Assembly: GCA_965655095.1 (NCBI GenBank)
Contig: OZ296648.1
Span: 147,064,001-147,128,000, forward strand
DNA length: 64,000 nt
Source of the DNA: Haplodiscus bocki
Lineage: Eukaryota
Direction of reading: 5' to 3'
Positions 51,701 through 64,000 of the stretch are shown one piece after another. The position numbers were made by a program, and so were the translations under genes. Numbering within the stretch: position 1 is the first letter of the stretch; the number at the start of each line of letters is the position of its first letter. The notes beneath the pieces are model-generated. The model did no database searches. It was not told the origin of the DNA and saw nothing but the letters and a program-made list of their open reading frames with translations.

Positions 51701-54700
51701 TATCTAGCGATTAATGCGAAACAGAGTTTGACTTGGAGTGGGATTCAAATTGTGGCTTACCACTTCAGCTGGAGTTGTAATGTCCCACCTACTTGATTGC
51801 CCAAATTGAATCTCTCCTGAGTTTTAGAAGGAACCCGTAACTGTGCGTGACACCAATAACAAACGTCTCTTCTGTCCTGTGAGCTAAAACCTTGGCTAGA
51901 TTATAGAGGTCCTCCGCGGTGTCTCTTGATGAACTGCTTGAAACGGTACCACTGTTTTGAAGCATTCGATGCCACCAGCGAGAAAGATGTTGACAGTGTA
52001 TTTTTTTTGGGTCGCGGGAAATCTCAGAAGTTCAAGTGCTCGTTTCGGGTAGAAAGGGAACGTTTTGAACGCCACTGTCTACTAGAACTAGTTACCTTCC
52101 CGATACATCGGGATGGTTATTTCTCTTTCTGTTGCACTTGCATTTCAGAAATTAGGGTAACTTTATTAGAAGTTTTTTGAATGAGTGATATCTCCTTGGC
52201 TACGTCAACACCTAATAGCAAACATGTAGCAAAAAGAGATTCAGTATGTAAATCAGTTTAGGTTCACCACGGTTACCCTTCATGCCAAATTCATCTGATA
52301 AGATTCATTCAATATGTTTATTGAAAAGGCAAAAACCATTAGGTGTCCCACAAGGAGAAAGAAAATGGAGAAAATGGAGAAAGTGCTTGGACTTACACTA
52401 CCCCTTGTTGTACAACAATGTTGTAGGAAGGCATCGTATTTGCTTTACTACAGCCAGTTTACGGGACCCGGAACTGAGAAAGCTTAAGTTCTGTGGCAAT
52501 TTGTTTCATACTTTGACATGCTAAACTGAATGCAACGTTTGTAGTGGTTTTGCGTTCAACTACGAAGGTCGAAGTAGAAGCTGTGTGCTTTCTTAAGCAT
52601 ACAGGGACAAGAGAAGTTTTGAGCAAAATAGACGGCACCAAAAACCTGTTTCACGGTGCCTGCGTTTAAAACGAGGATATATACAAACGAAATACAATAA
52701 AATAACCATTGATCCCAGATAATGCTATCAAAAACATGAAAAATGAATGCTCAATAGACAACTGAGATTGAATTCTTTTTGAAAGAGGCGGGTGCAGTTG
52801 AGTTGTTGTTGAAATTATCAGAGGTGCTTTTTGTGGCATTTTTCGTGGGTTTTTAATTTTAGGAATGTCAAGTAAATTCTCGCGTACAGCTTTCAGTATA
52901 GTTTTTCCAGCTGCTGATTTAGTAGAGAACTGGGCACACTATTGACCTCTGGGTTTTCATTCCAGAGTTGTTTTAATTGATCTGGTAGTTTTACGTTTTT
53001 ATATATTGCCAGGAGTTGTTCGCTTGTACTTTGGTCCGATCTAGTTTCGAAATATGGACCCACTTAGTGCCTACCTCATTCCACACTGAAAACGGAATTT
53101 CGACAAATAATATTGACTCAAACACAATCAAATGCTTGAGGCTGTATTTGATTGAAATTAAAAAGAAACTGTTGCTGCGGACGTTATGAGTTAAACCTCA
53201 AACCTTAAGTTTTCGACATTTTCCACAGCTCGAAGTGAAATTTGTTGTCTGTCGTTTATCTCTAAGGCTTCCACGCCATTTTTGAAGGAAAATACTGCTG
53301 AACAAGATCAATGTCCTGTTTCTGTTGCAATCATGTTTTACCAATTTTGATATCTTGAGTATCCAATTCATCTCGACAGATCTTTTTCCATTAGAATAAC
53401 TGCTTCCATGGTATCTCCCAATAACGCTATTTAAGGCAGCTCTACTCTCCATTTAATTGCCAAGTCCGTTTCTAGTGGAGGCTTAGGAACTGCTATGGAA
53501 CGAAAAACTGTAAATACACTTTGTCTTGATGCTAAAAGACTTGCAATTCGCATGACTAATCCTTGTTCAACAGTACTGACATCTCGTGATTATCTGTATT
53601 CTTAATATGATATGATCTCATCCACCGAAATCGCTAACGATACTCTGTCTGTTGCACGATTTTGTTCCGTTGCGACATCTTCTATGATAATAAGGAGTGA
53701 CTGTATAAGAACAAGCAACAACTGCAATTTCTTATTGAGAATCGGCTGAGTTGTAATAATCATGTTTCCTCGTTAGGTGTTTATTGCGCCGCAATAACTC
53801 TTTTTTTTTCGAATAGATCAAGTTACGCAAAGAAAGTGTCATAAGTGAATTTTATTTGCTGGCCCGGAAAAAGTAATTGATAACAATTTATTGGGACATA
53901 ATTGTTTGCATGGAACGTTTTAAATTTTTTTTCCATCGTTTACCATTTACTTGTTCAAAAATCGAGCAAATCATTTCGAACGTTTTTTTAAAGTAAGGTC
54001 AGATATAATTATGGAAAAATTGTCAAAAAATTCGTTTTGTAGTGTAAACACATCTTTTGTTAAGGTTTTTTTAAATCCAACTAGTTTGACTTTTTTTCTG
54101 CCTTCTTTTGTAATTTCTCGTGACACGAACCAAGGGCTCGTTCGTGGCAACAGGATCCATTTCCATGTGCGATTCCTGATCCAAATGATCAGACTGAAGC
54201 AAGTGCCATTATTGCAAGAGGCGCTAACTTTCGGCTGCAAATGGAACTCGTGCGCAAGGTTTGTTTCGAATTTTGAGGAAGACCAAACACAATTACAAAC
54301 AGCGCCAAACACTTGCTCTGCAAGTGTAACTTCTTTTTCAAGTTGGTGTAAAAGCCAATCAACATCAAATGTTGAATCGCTTTTCTGAAATTTTTTCGAG
54401 TAGTCTAAAACGGATCACCAGATATCAGAAGCCCAGAGCGTTCCAAATTCCCTAAGTAGGCGCTTTTTTCGGCATGGTCGTCAAGATCAAACTTTCGAAA
54501 GGGGACCAGAAAGTCAAATTCGATTATTTGGTCAGCCGGAAAAATAGTCGTGACGTGATAAAAAAGATAGCATTTTCGAGTATTTCGGCGGAGTCCTGGT
54601 CAGCAATGATGTCACTATTCAGTCTGGATCATTTTTGTCCAAGTAGGACAAAAACTACATGAAAAAACGTCGCGTTTGAAGTGAAAAAACTACCGTTTGA

Positions 54701-57700
54701 TGTCAGGGAAATATCTACAGCGGAATAGCAAATTTGTAACCTTTTTTCAGTGTCATGAGTTGAAATGCGTCCAACGGAGGAGACAACGAGGTGTTAGCTT
54801 TTCACAGCGTTTGGTCTGCGGTTCTTTATTTAATGCGTGTAATAAAGATTTCGAGTTTTTCGGAGCGTTAAGAAAGTGTGCTACACAAAGTTTGACGCTG
54901 GAACTGAAGTCAACTGTTGTCCTGGAGCAGAGTATGTGGGCGAACATTGTTTTTCCCGTGTCTTGGTTGTCAGCGGGAGGCTGGAAGATGAGACTGCAAC
55001 AGACGTTAGGGACAAACCCTGGGAAGTCTTGTTCATACTGGTGAAGCGACTGGTTATTTATAACTTTTGGCACCGATTGTGATGGAAACTGTTGTGATAT
55101 ATTCTTCAAACAACAACAATAGTTCCAGTTTCTGGCCAGAGTTACACCTAAAAATGTTTTTTGTCAAGACTTGCTTCTTAAAACAGTATAGGTTTGTGGT
55201 TACCTTGTGTAATTGATAGTTTGTATTCAACTTTGTGAGCAAACGGAAAACAGTAAGGTGTAACAACAAGAGCCGCACTAAAAGAATCGGATGTTGACAA
55301 AGACAATATTATTTTAAATTAAAATGCAGACAACCTAAAACGGAAACAGCTCGGACGATGATGTAGAAGCAGTAAAAAAAACTTGAAATTTTCAGTGGCA
55401 AATTTTTCAATAAATCATTTGTCCAATGTGCACGAAAGAACGGCAATTAGATAGGCGGAAATGGAAGTTCACTGTGTCTGAAGAGGTCTCAAACGTGATT
55501 ATATTGAAGCAATCGGAACCGGTGGGTTATGGTTTATTTAGAAATTTGATGACCGTTGCATTGTTGTAGAGGAGCGAAAGGAGCACGAGTATGCGGCAGG
55601 CCTCTCGTTGTATGAAACAGAAGGCGCGGAATAGTTTGAGCCAAACAAATTGAACAGATTTCGTCTGGTTAACAGTGCCGTAAAGCGACTATGCAAACGT
55701 TTATCCCTGATAGCAGTCTTCCAGAAGATGGCAGATTTGAGGTTAGCTAAATAACACCAAAATTTGTGGCCTATAATTCCAACCGTTGATGAAAATCAAC
55801 AAATAATCCAACTTTAAACAGCTTCCCCCAAGAAAATCAAAACAAGTGAAAATGCAGAAAAGTTTTTACGACAAAATGAAGAGCAAGAAGCTCACTGAGT
55901 TTACAGTAAAAAATTGAACTATTGATCAAGAAATTGCCAATCAACTTGTAGCTAGTCCTACTCGCTGGAAAAATTAGACAATTATAAAATACCATAGGGT
56001 CTTCAATAAACAAAAGTTGACGCCATTGCCTCCCTTGCTGTGAACGACAGTTACAAAGTATATTGGGACTGGTGAATTTTTTTCAAAACGATCTTTTCGA
56101 AGTATGGGCGAGAAAAGAAATTAAAGTCTATTGGACAATGCCTACAACTCTGATGATTCACCCAGTCCTTTGTGGTCACAAGGTTTTTACTCTGTTGGCG
56201 GGGCCAGCCTCAGTTGCCAGCTTTCGAGGTAAGGTGCTTACGGATAAGCGTAAGCAACAGCAAGTGTTCAATTCTTAATCCACTGAGCTGCGAAGAGAGA
56301 ATAAACTGTTAGCGTGTAAAAACTGTGCATGTTCAGAAGTCTGTGGTTATGTATTAGACAATGCGCGCGCAAAGACAGAGCTCTCAATTCAAGTGGAATG
56401 CAATGGTATTGGTGGTAAGCAACAATGCTGTCTGAAGAAATGAAGGAAAGATTTCCCTCTTAGGAGAGCTGCGAATATTCCCAGAAGACTGGAAAAATTT
56501 AAGCGTCTGCAAAAAAAGGTGAGCAAAACAGAAACTTTTGTGTTTTTGGTATTTTGGAAATTGTATAGTTCTCACAAATCCCTAAGTTCCTTAATCATCT
56601 ATGTAAAAAAATTACAAGGAAGATTAATTTTTGTTCATCCAGATGCAGCGCTAGCGTTCTTCAGAGAAATACACGAGGAAACAGAATTATCCATATGTTC
56701 AAAATTTCATCATGAAATCCTATTTTTTCATGGGATGTTTTACCTGGAGTATAATTTTTCAGTATGAACAAGTTAGTTGCAGGGCAAAAGAAAGAAAGCG
56801 AATCAAGCGCACAATACGAGAAAGAGGATTCTAATTTCCGACAAAAAACGAAAACAATGCAAAAAAGGAGAATATTGGTAGCCCCTTGTCAACCGAGAGT
56901 TGATTTTTAGTTCCCAACGAAAAGAACACAACATAGGTGTCTTTTTTGCCATACGTGAAAGCCAACAGAAGGATTATCAAACGTCAAACGTTGGTGGTAG
57001 TTTTCTGAATTTCGTTGGAATAAAACTTGAGAAAAGTGCTGAAAAACTCAAACGAACACTCTGTTGACGGTCTTATCGGATCACACTGCGAAAACGAGTA
57101 GCACAGCTTCCACAGGAAGAAGAACGAGCCTTTCTACTAACAACTGGAAGCTAACGTTCACAAATATGTGTTTTTGAATTATTTCTTTTTCTGCATTGGT
57201 TGCATTTTTTGGTTAGTCTTTAGAATTGTAATCGCTGTCATTTCAGTGACGAAAGATTTAAAAAAGAAAGGTGAGCTAAAATTACTTCTCGTTGTTAAAA
57301 GTTCAATTTCATCAGAAATTCATCAGTGGGTTCAGCTATTGGAAGTTTTTGTCCCCTCATGGATTGCACTGCCGAAATTTTCAAAAGAATCAACCAGTCG
57401 AGCAAGGTCCTGGTTGCTCGTTCTGAATTGCGGACAAGACACGCCTTTATATCATTACATCCCAAGGAGTTTGGGAGAATGGCGTCGTTCAAATATTGCA
57501 ATTGTCTGAAAATCCGTCGGCAGAAAATCAAAGTTAGTGGGGTTAAGAAAATTCGCCGCTAATACCAATTAGTCGAACCCGTCAGAAGACTGCAGATTTA
57601 CAGAACTCATGGCAATACAGCCAGTTTACGTGGTACAGGATCAAAAACTGGAACTTCAACAAAAACTTAGTAAAAGCTTGAGAAAGTGATACAATAACTA

Positions 57701-59904
57701 GGGCTCTTAAATGTTCTTTATCTCCAACAAAACCCAACAAGGAAAGAGAATTGTCTAATGACAGAAAAAAATGCAAGCCAGAGAAGAATTTCGTCCATTT
57801 TATAAAACGAAAACCTCCGATATTTTAAAAACTCAGAAATCGTGTGATTAAATTGAAAAAAGCGTTATGTTGAAAACCGGTTCCAGGTTTTTGATAGGGA
57901 ACAACTATTTTTTTGAAACGTATTTCCTTATGTTTCTGGCTAGAGGAGAGATAAAAATCTGGCCATGGTGTGCCGAATTCAACGAAAGTTAAAACAGGCA
58001 CCTAAATTGTCTGGTTATCCAATCACGGAAAAGCTCAGCCAGACAATAGTCTGGGGCATGTGGGGCCGCCGCTCCCATTAGCATGCTCCACTCAAGTGAA
58101 ATGGGAGAGGTCTCAAAATCTTCAATACTATGTCTACCTGTTGCCAGTCTTTAAATATATAGTCTAACCCCGGGGTAATATAGGAAAGATGTTGTCACCA
58201 AAGAACGAGGTCACGATGAACTGCACAACTGTATCATGAGAGTTGGTTTCTCCAAAAAAAGCAGCTCATCGCGGAAAAAAACTGTAAAGCTTCAAAATTA
58301 GGAAGCGCTTCTGGGGCCGAGCTTTGCCATCCAAAACCTGAGGGCCAAGGCTTCATTAACGTGGGTTCCATTTCTTTCCGGTGACCGGGTCGACAATGGC
58401 CATTCAGGCGTGTGAGGGTAGACATAGACGTCGTCAAAGATAAAAATTTGTTTCTTCTCAGTATTTAATTGTAACTGTGTGTGAGGGATCAAAGAAAAGG
58501 TTGACATTATTTTGTATCCTCACTGCGCCAAAGATTTGCAACTGAGTTCTGATGGCGAGACGACACATAACAAATTATCCAAGCAGGATTAGGCAAAAAA
58601 ATTGGAATTTCACAGATACTGTAATTCATCTGACTAGAAGGGAGTGAAAAGAAGTGTGAAATTTTTGTTTGTGGTACTTGGCAAACGTTGAGTTCAAAAG
58701 TGGAACGGAGTACGCAAGAGCAGCGTTTCAAAACAAAATCAGAGAAAATATATGTTTTATCGGAGCTGACAAGCTCACGAAATGTCACGTTATAAGACTG
58801 TGAAGATTAATGTGCGTCGTTTTTCAGTGACGATAGGCTATTGTTAAAAATGCTTTAATATTCGTTGGTTACTTTTTGACTCGGTAATGTAGTTTTAACT
58901 TCTGCTTCAATTAAGCGTGCCGGAAATGCTATCGAATTGTTTACCATTTTTTGACGCTGGAAACGTTGCTTAAACAGCATTAGCCTTAATTCTATCAAAA
59001 TGTTTGATTGTATTGTTATGAAATCTTTCGTAGGTCATATTCGATGAGTGGGAAGCCTGTCTTAGTTATTTAGGTTTGCAGTTTCATTGTCATTTAAAAA
59101 CAAATGTGGAATAGGCGTCAGTTTGGGTCACGACTGACAATAAAATAATCAATCACATTGCCAAATTGCGGCCGTCAATGCACTGGTAAGAATTTAAACA
59201 ACTAAGACGATCTTTTGCTGGCAGTGTCAGATTTCGGTGTATCACGTTTGATTGGGTTTTCAAAGAGAAGGATTTTGCAATGACCACTCAGAAGCTAATT
59301 TGCGAACACTGCACATATGGAATATTCCTTTCTTCGTTTCTCTGTTATTATGATATTCATCAAGATTTAACAAAATTGCAATCAATCGATATCTGGGCCA
59401 TTATGGTACAAAAGTCTCACACGAATTGCGCTGTGTCCAGATTTAAGGATTCTATCAATCAATACTTTATTCCAATTGGGCTCATCAAAATCACACCCTC
59501 TTTGAGTTAATCAAATTTCGGTTATTCCGTGTTCTAACAGATGACTTTTCCTTCATCATAGGCTTTTCTGCAAATATCTAGAAGTAAGTTTATCATTTTA
59601 GTGCTGTTTTGTGATTAAAATACATATCCATTACTGCCTTTGTGGCGAAAAATTGCTTTCTGAGCGCACTTGACTAGGAAAACACATTGCTTCGTCGAAT
59701 CCTAAGCAAGTTGGAGAACAATAAGAAAACCGTTGAGTTAAACCCGCTGCCATTGCTAAATCAGAAGCTACCCGAGGTCCAAAACATATACTAAGGTTGT
59801 CAAACAGATCATATTCTAAACTTTCAATATTTGGTGGTAACTAAACACTGTCTGTAACGTTTGAAGTTCGATGAAAGTGAAAAAGGAACGAAAATCAGAA
59901 GAAA

Positions 59905-62900
59905 ATGGGGATTACGACCTGTTTGGACGACCTGGATAACGCGTTTCCAAAAATTAGTTCCCAGTTGTTGGCCTTAAATTAGGAGCTGGTGCTATTGAAT
60001 TTGGTAGCTTTTGACGTGTAGTAAAAGCATTATTTCGTGAAAAAAATCTCTATATGTGCTCCGGGGATGGAGTTGTAGCTTGTTGCTGACGATAAAAAAC
60101 TTAACCCGTTTTCGTTAAGTCTTGTCGGGACGCGACGGAACTCCGCGATGATAGTCATATTGATCAAAGCGAAATCGGGGCGACGCAGAAGGTGTTGATT
60201 GTGCGCTGCCACTTTCAATTGGGATTCGAGATTGTCTATTTGATGTATTTATGTTACCCGTTTCTGTTCTGGTCAATGGTAAAAATCTGTTTGTGTTTGA
60301 ATTCGGAGAAACACTGGGCTCACGACTTTCAAAAAGTACCTGGATTGGAGACGCTAGCTGAACAGGCCCCGGAAAATGCTGATTTGCAACCGGATGCGGC
60401 GGAGTTTGCTGAGGATCGGGTTGCGCTGAGACGCATTGAGGTTCATCTGGCACTGCATTTTGTGGTTCGAGGCGCACTGCATCAGTAGATGCGGCTAGAA
60501 CAAGTTTTCTCGTCAGAACTTGCTTTGCATTGATAGTGTCATTCTTTTGACCCTGTCTTAGTAAATTATTGAAAACGTTGTCAAATATTTCATGCTTGAC
60601 CCTATACTCTCCTAAACGAGGGCCTGGTTGAAAATTTTTGTGAGCAAATGGATGCATTCAACTTGATAGATAGGTGTAATAGGTCAGAGACGTATTTGAT
60701 GAAAACATGGCGTGTACGGGGTTTCTGTTTTCTAATCCAATACTTGGACTTTCACAGGATTTTCTCCATTTTGTACAAAGAAAGCCAATTCATAGTAAAA
60801 TTTGCTGCAAAAAGAGTTTGTGTAAGTAGGAATGGATACAACAAAAACAAAAATGATGTGGCATTAAAAATTTTGCAGCTGCGTTTTGTCATTTTTGGTA
60901 TGGTGTTTGTAATAGGCATTCTTTAGGCTCAATTCAGTGTGTGTAAATTTTCCCAGTAATGAATCTTGCAATGCAACCGAATAGTTAGAGCTAGTGCATT
61001 GAGTTCTTCTTGAGCTAATTCATGGCTTCTTATGCGTGAATCAAGTAGTTCAGTCGGTTGACGTCCGTGGAGCGAAGACTTAGGAGTGCGTCCAATTAAT
61101 GAATGAATTGACTTGTTATATATAAATGTTGCTGATTCAACATAACCATATCAAGTTGTCCAGTTTTTGTCTGTATTCAGCAACTCCAACTGTTTCAGGT
61201 AGCTTCAATGAATTGTATTTGGTTCGCTTTTTCGGACCTCTTGATAACTCATGAAATATTTTGGCAACAGAGCTGGTGTCATGGTCAGATAGGGTTTTAG
61301 TAGGATGGTAAATGTGTGAAAAAATATGGAAACTAAACCTCTGGCAAGTGTACTTGCATGTGCAGATGTTACTGGAACTGCAAACAGATATTTTGAAAAG
61401 ACATCTATCCCTGTCAACGCATATTTCTATATTGCTGATTGGAAAGAACCAACCAAGTCAGTATGCACTATGTCACTCCAAAAGAATTGTTCCGATGAAA
61501 GTGGTTGAACTGGCGGGTGCAACAGTTTCGGGGTGATTTTTTTCAGAGCCGAGCATGAAAAACAGTATTTGATATAGTAAGTCAAAGTTGGTGGAAATCC
61601 AGGAAAAAAGAATCGCTTATGAAGCTCCTTCACTGTTCTAACAATAACGAGATGTCCTCTTGTGGGAGAATTATGCTTTTTGCAAATGACTTGTTCTCGG
61701 AAAATTTGAGGGACACACACTTGTGAGTGTGATTTTTTCCAGCAGAATCAATGCACAGTGGCACTAAAATCCCTTCGTTGATTTTTACGCTCAGTAAATG
61801 TTTACTTTTCTTTTTCAAAGGAAGCATAGATTAGATCATAATTACATCTGTCTTCAACCCAATCTATTGGTTTTCGAAATACTGGACCTTTTTGCTGCTC
61901 TCCATGAAAAAACGATTTGTTTCGCATTTGGTAGTGAAAAATGAAGGAAGTTACATGGATCCTTTTGCCGAATCGAACTCCATTCTGGATCTGGCTTAGT
62001 CGCCTGAGCTTCCGAAGTTGTGTCCCTTGAAGCATTAGTTAAAAATTCAATCAGGTAACCACTCAAACTTTGTAAAGCATTGTTGGACTTGTTATTACGG
62101 GTTCTTCTCAAACAACAATGGGTTCTTCTGAAACATCACAAGCGTCATAGACTTCATGTTTAATTGGTCAGGCTCTATTGCCCCCAGGGATGACTCAAGA
62201 GTGATCGACTACATGTCTATTCCGACTTTTCTTATTGGAAAGGTTTCATGAAGTTTTTTTCCAAACGTTTCGTTAGGTCTGTTGGCTTTTCGGGTAGAAA
62301 ATTTGGCGCGGCGTTTGCTCTACCGGGGAATGTGTGCGTGAATTACGCTGTATGTATTAACTTTATCTAAAGAACTCCACTATGATTGGTAAAGTGAGTT
62401 TGATTGGAAAAAAATTGTGAGTTTTTGTTATCAACTAGGAAAGGTACCACCTTTTCAACTCCACTAACAAACTGAGAGAACAATTTCAATGCAAAACAAA
62501 GTGCGAGAAACTTTTTACAATCTAAAGCTATTTCCAACTGAGTTGCAGTAGATAACTCTCATTCGTTGGGGACAAGTGCATAGGCTCCTTTTCTGCCTTT
62601 TTTTGTCCTAAGTAGTCTTGAATTGAAATGCAAACTGCTTACTATACGTACTTGCGTCACCCAAAATATTGGAAAGTTATTTGAGTTTGGCTACACAAAA
62701 TTTAGTTTCTTTTGCTGTGAGCAAATGATTTTGTGTTGTCAAAACTCTGTGAATGCTCATCTTCTAGAAAAAAATCTACATCTATTCTAGGTAGATTATA
62801 CCATGACATCGACTTTTGTGCTAAGTTGGGCAGCAAAGAAATACAAAGATCTTTTAATTAACCCACTAGTCTCTTCACGTGTTTCATAGTAAATGGGAGT

Positions 62901-64000
62901 TTGATTGAGAACAAAAATGTTTCAATGTTTACAACCTCTGGTGTCAATCCTTCCAGTATTATCAAGTTGCCGAGAAAAAAATTCGATGTCATTCTAAGTT
63001 GAAATTTGTGGGATGTCAACTTTAATGCTGTTTTCCTCATCAACCAATCAAAGATTTGACTAAGCGTGGGGACCGCTTGTTCAAATGTTTCCACTCCACA
63101 TTGGATCTGGTCCATGAATCTTGTACATTTGATTGCTGGTGGACAGGAGTGTAGATAGGATCTGACAAAAGATCTAAATCCTGTGATCGTTTTGTTTAAT
63201 TCTTGCGCCTTTGTCGTGTAGGCGTAAACCCGTGCAACAAACTTGAACAAAAGCAATTGCAGTCATAATGGGTCTCTTTTTTGTGCACATTGACATACCT
63301 GAGAACAATGCAACTTGGTAAACAGATTCTATGCCGCAAAATGATGAACGGAGTCGGTCATATTTGAAATTGGAACGTTGTTGTTACTGTAATCAATTCG
63401 AAGGAGGAGATTAACTCGTCTAAGGCCGACTAAATTTCACAATAATCCTGATTGCCTTCGTTGAGCGAAAATAGGACAATTGATTTTGATTTCCGGTAGA
63501 AGTAACACAATTCCGTAAATTTTCATTAGAGCAAGTCCATCTGAGATTTCATCTCTCAAGTGAATTGGGCTTGGCGGACTTTGAAAGTAAAATGATATTT
63601 AATGCGCTGGACTTACTTTGATTTTCATTTCTGTGTTACAACCAACATCAAATCTATGTTTTCCAAAACTATCAGTAATTTCGACTAATGTTTCTTGCAT
63701 GGGTTCAATCGGTTCTGCTCTTAGTACAGATTTTGACGAAAAAAATTGATGTGCAATTGTCTCAGTCTTCCAAATTTTTTGAGGTTCTAGAATATCCCTT
63801 GTTTGTAATTGTGTGATGTTGTCATAATATCTTCCCTGTCGTGTTTCCAGGATTCGGACACGTTTCCGGTGTTGGAAACCAGATTATATTGTAGTCCGGT
63901 GGTGCATGCTTTGCTTCACTTTTGCCAAGTTTTTTGCATGTGTTCAATTATCGATTTTTGCGGTTACAAAAAATTCCACTTTTTGTTTTACCAATGGATA
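59905..64000 (-). mobile_element. Second degenerate Ty3/gypsy element (RT, RNase H, integrase, tail; no env), truncated by the window edge
   Basis: WFPTPETC (~63860-63880); RT FKFVARVYAY..FMDQ..LKLTSHKF..FLG (62858-63256); integrase HNSPTRGH..YIKYCFSC, HTDLVG and TGIDVFSKYLFAVP; Pro/Gln-rich tail at 60115-60657. The end near 59905-59960 weakly resembles the 3' end of the first element's LTR. Confidence 0.85.

Noticed and set aside
53500-55300. Possible hAT transposase remnant (CVAHFLNAPK..KLTPRCLLRW, minus strand)
   Set aside because: Only a loose motif resemblance, with no TIR/TSD or other catalytic motifs. Needs BLASTX.
55300-59900. Numerous 60-110 aa ORFs
   Set aside because: No motifs, splice-consistent chains or compositional support.

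Overview
AT-rich eukaryotic (invertebrate animal-like) genomic DNA with a 200-N assembly gap, three host genes (all on the minus strand) and many decayed repeats. The genes are: (1) a ~1457-aa spliced protein with an RS-rich domain between two homologous C2H2 zinc-finger clusters, including a candidate 12-nt micro-exon (12467-17299); (2) a two-exon class I SAM-dependent methyltransferase with a 4.9-kb intron (24305-30163); (3) an intronless SLC25 aspartate/glutamate-carrier-like gene that lacks the EF-hand domain (44660-45565). Mobile DNA includes an internally deleted MULE (TIRs, 9-bp TSD, FLYWCH remnant) and an 8.9-kb degenerate Ty3/gypsy provirus with both LTRs, PBS and 5-bp TSD. That provirus carries an env-like fusion-protein gene plus extra ORF remnants and has lost its integrase. 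Also present are a second related env-less gypsy running off the right edge, a decayed CR1/L2-like LINE, a ~660-bp foldback palindrome, an intronic inverted-repeat element with E2F-like ends, tRNA-derived SINE heads and a degenerate ~177-bp satellite. All calls come from manual reading; no database searches were run.
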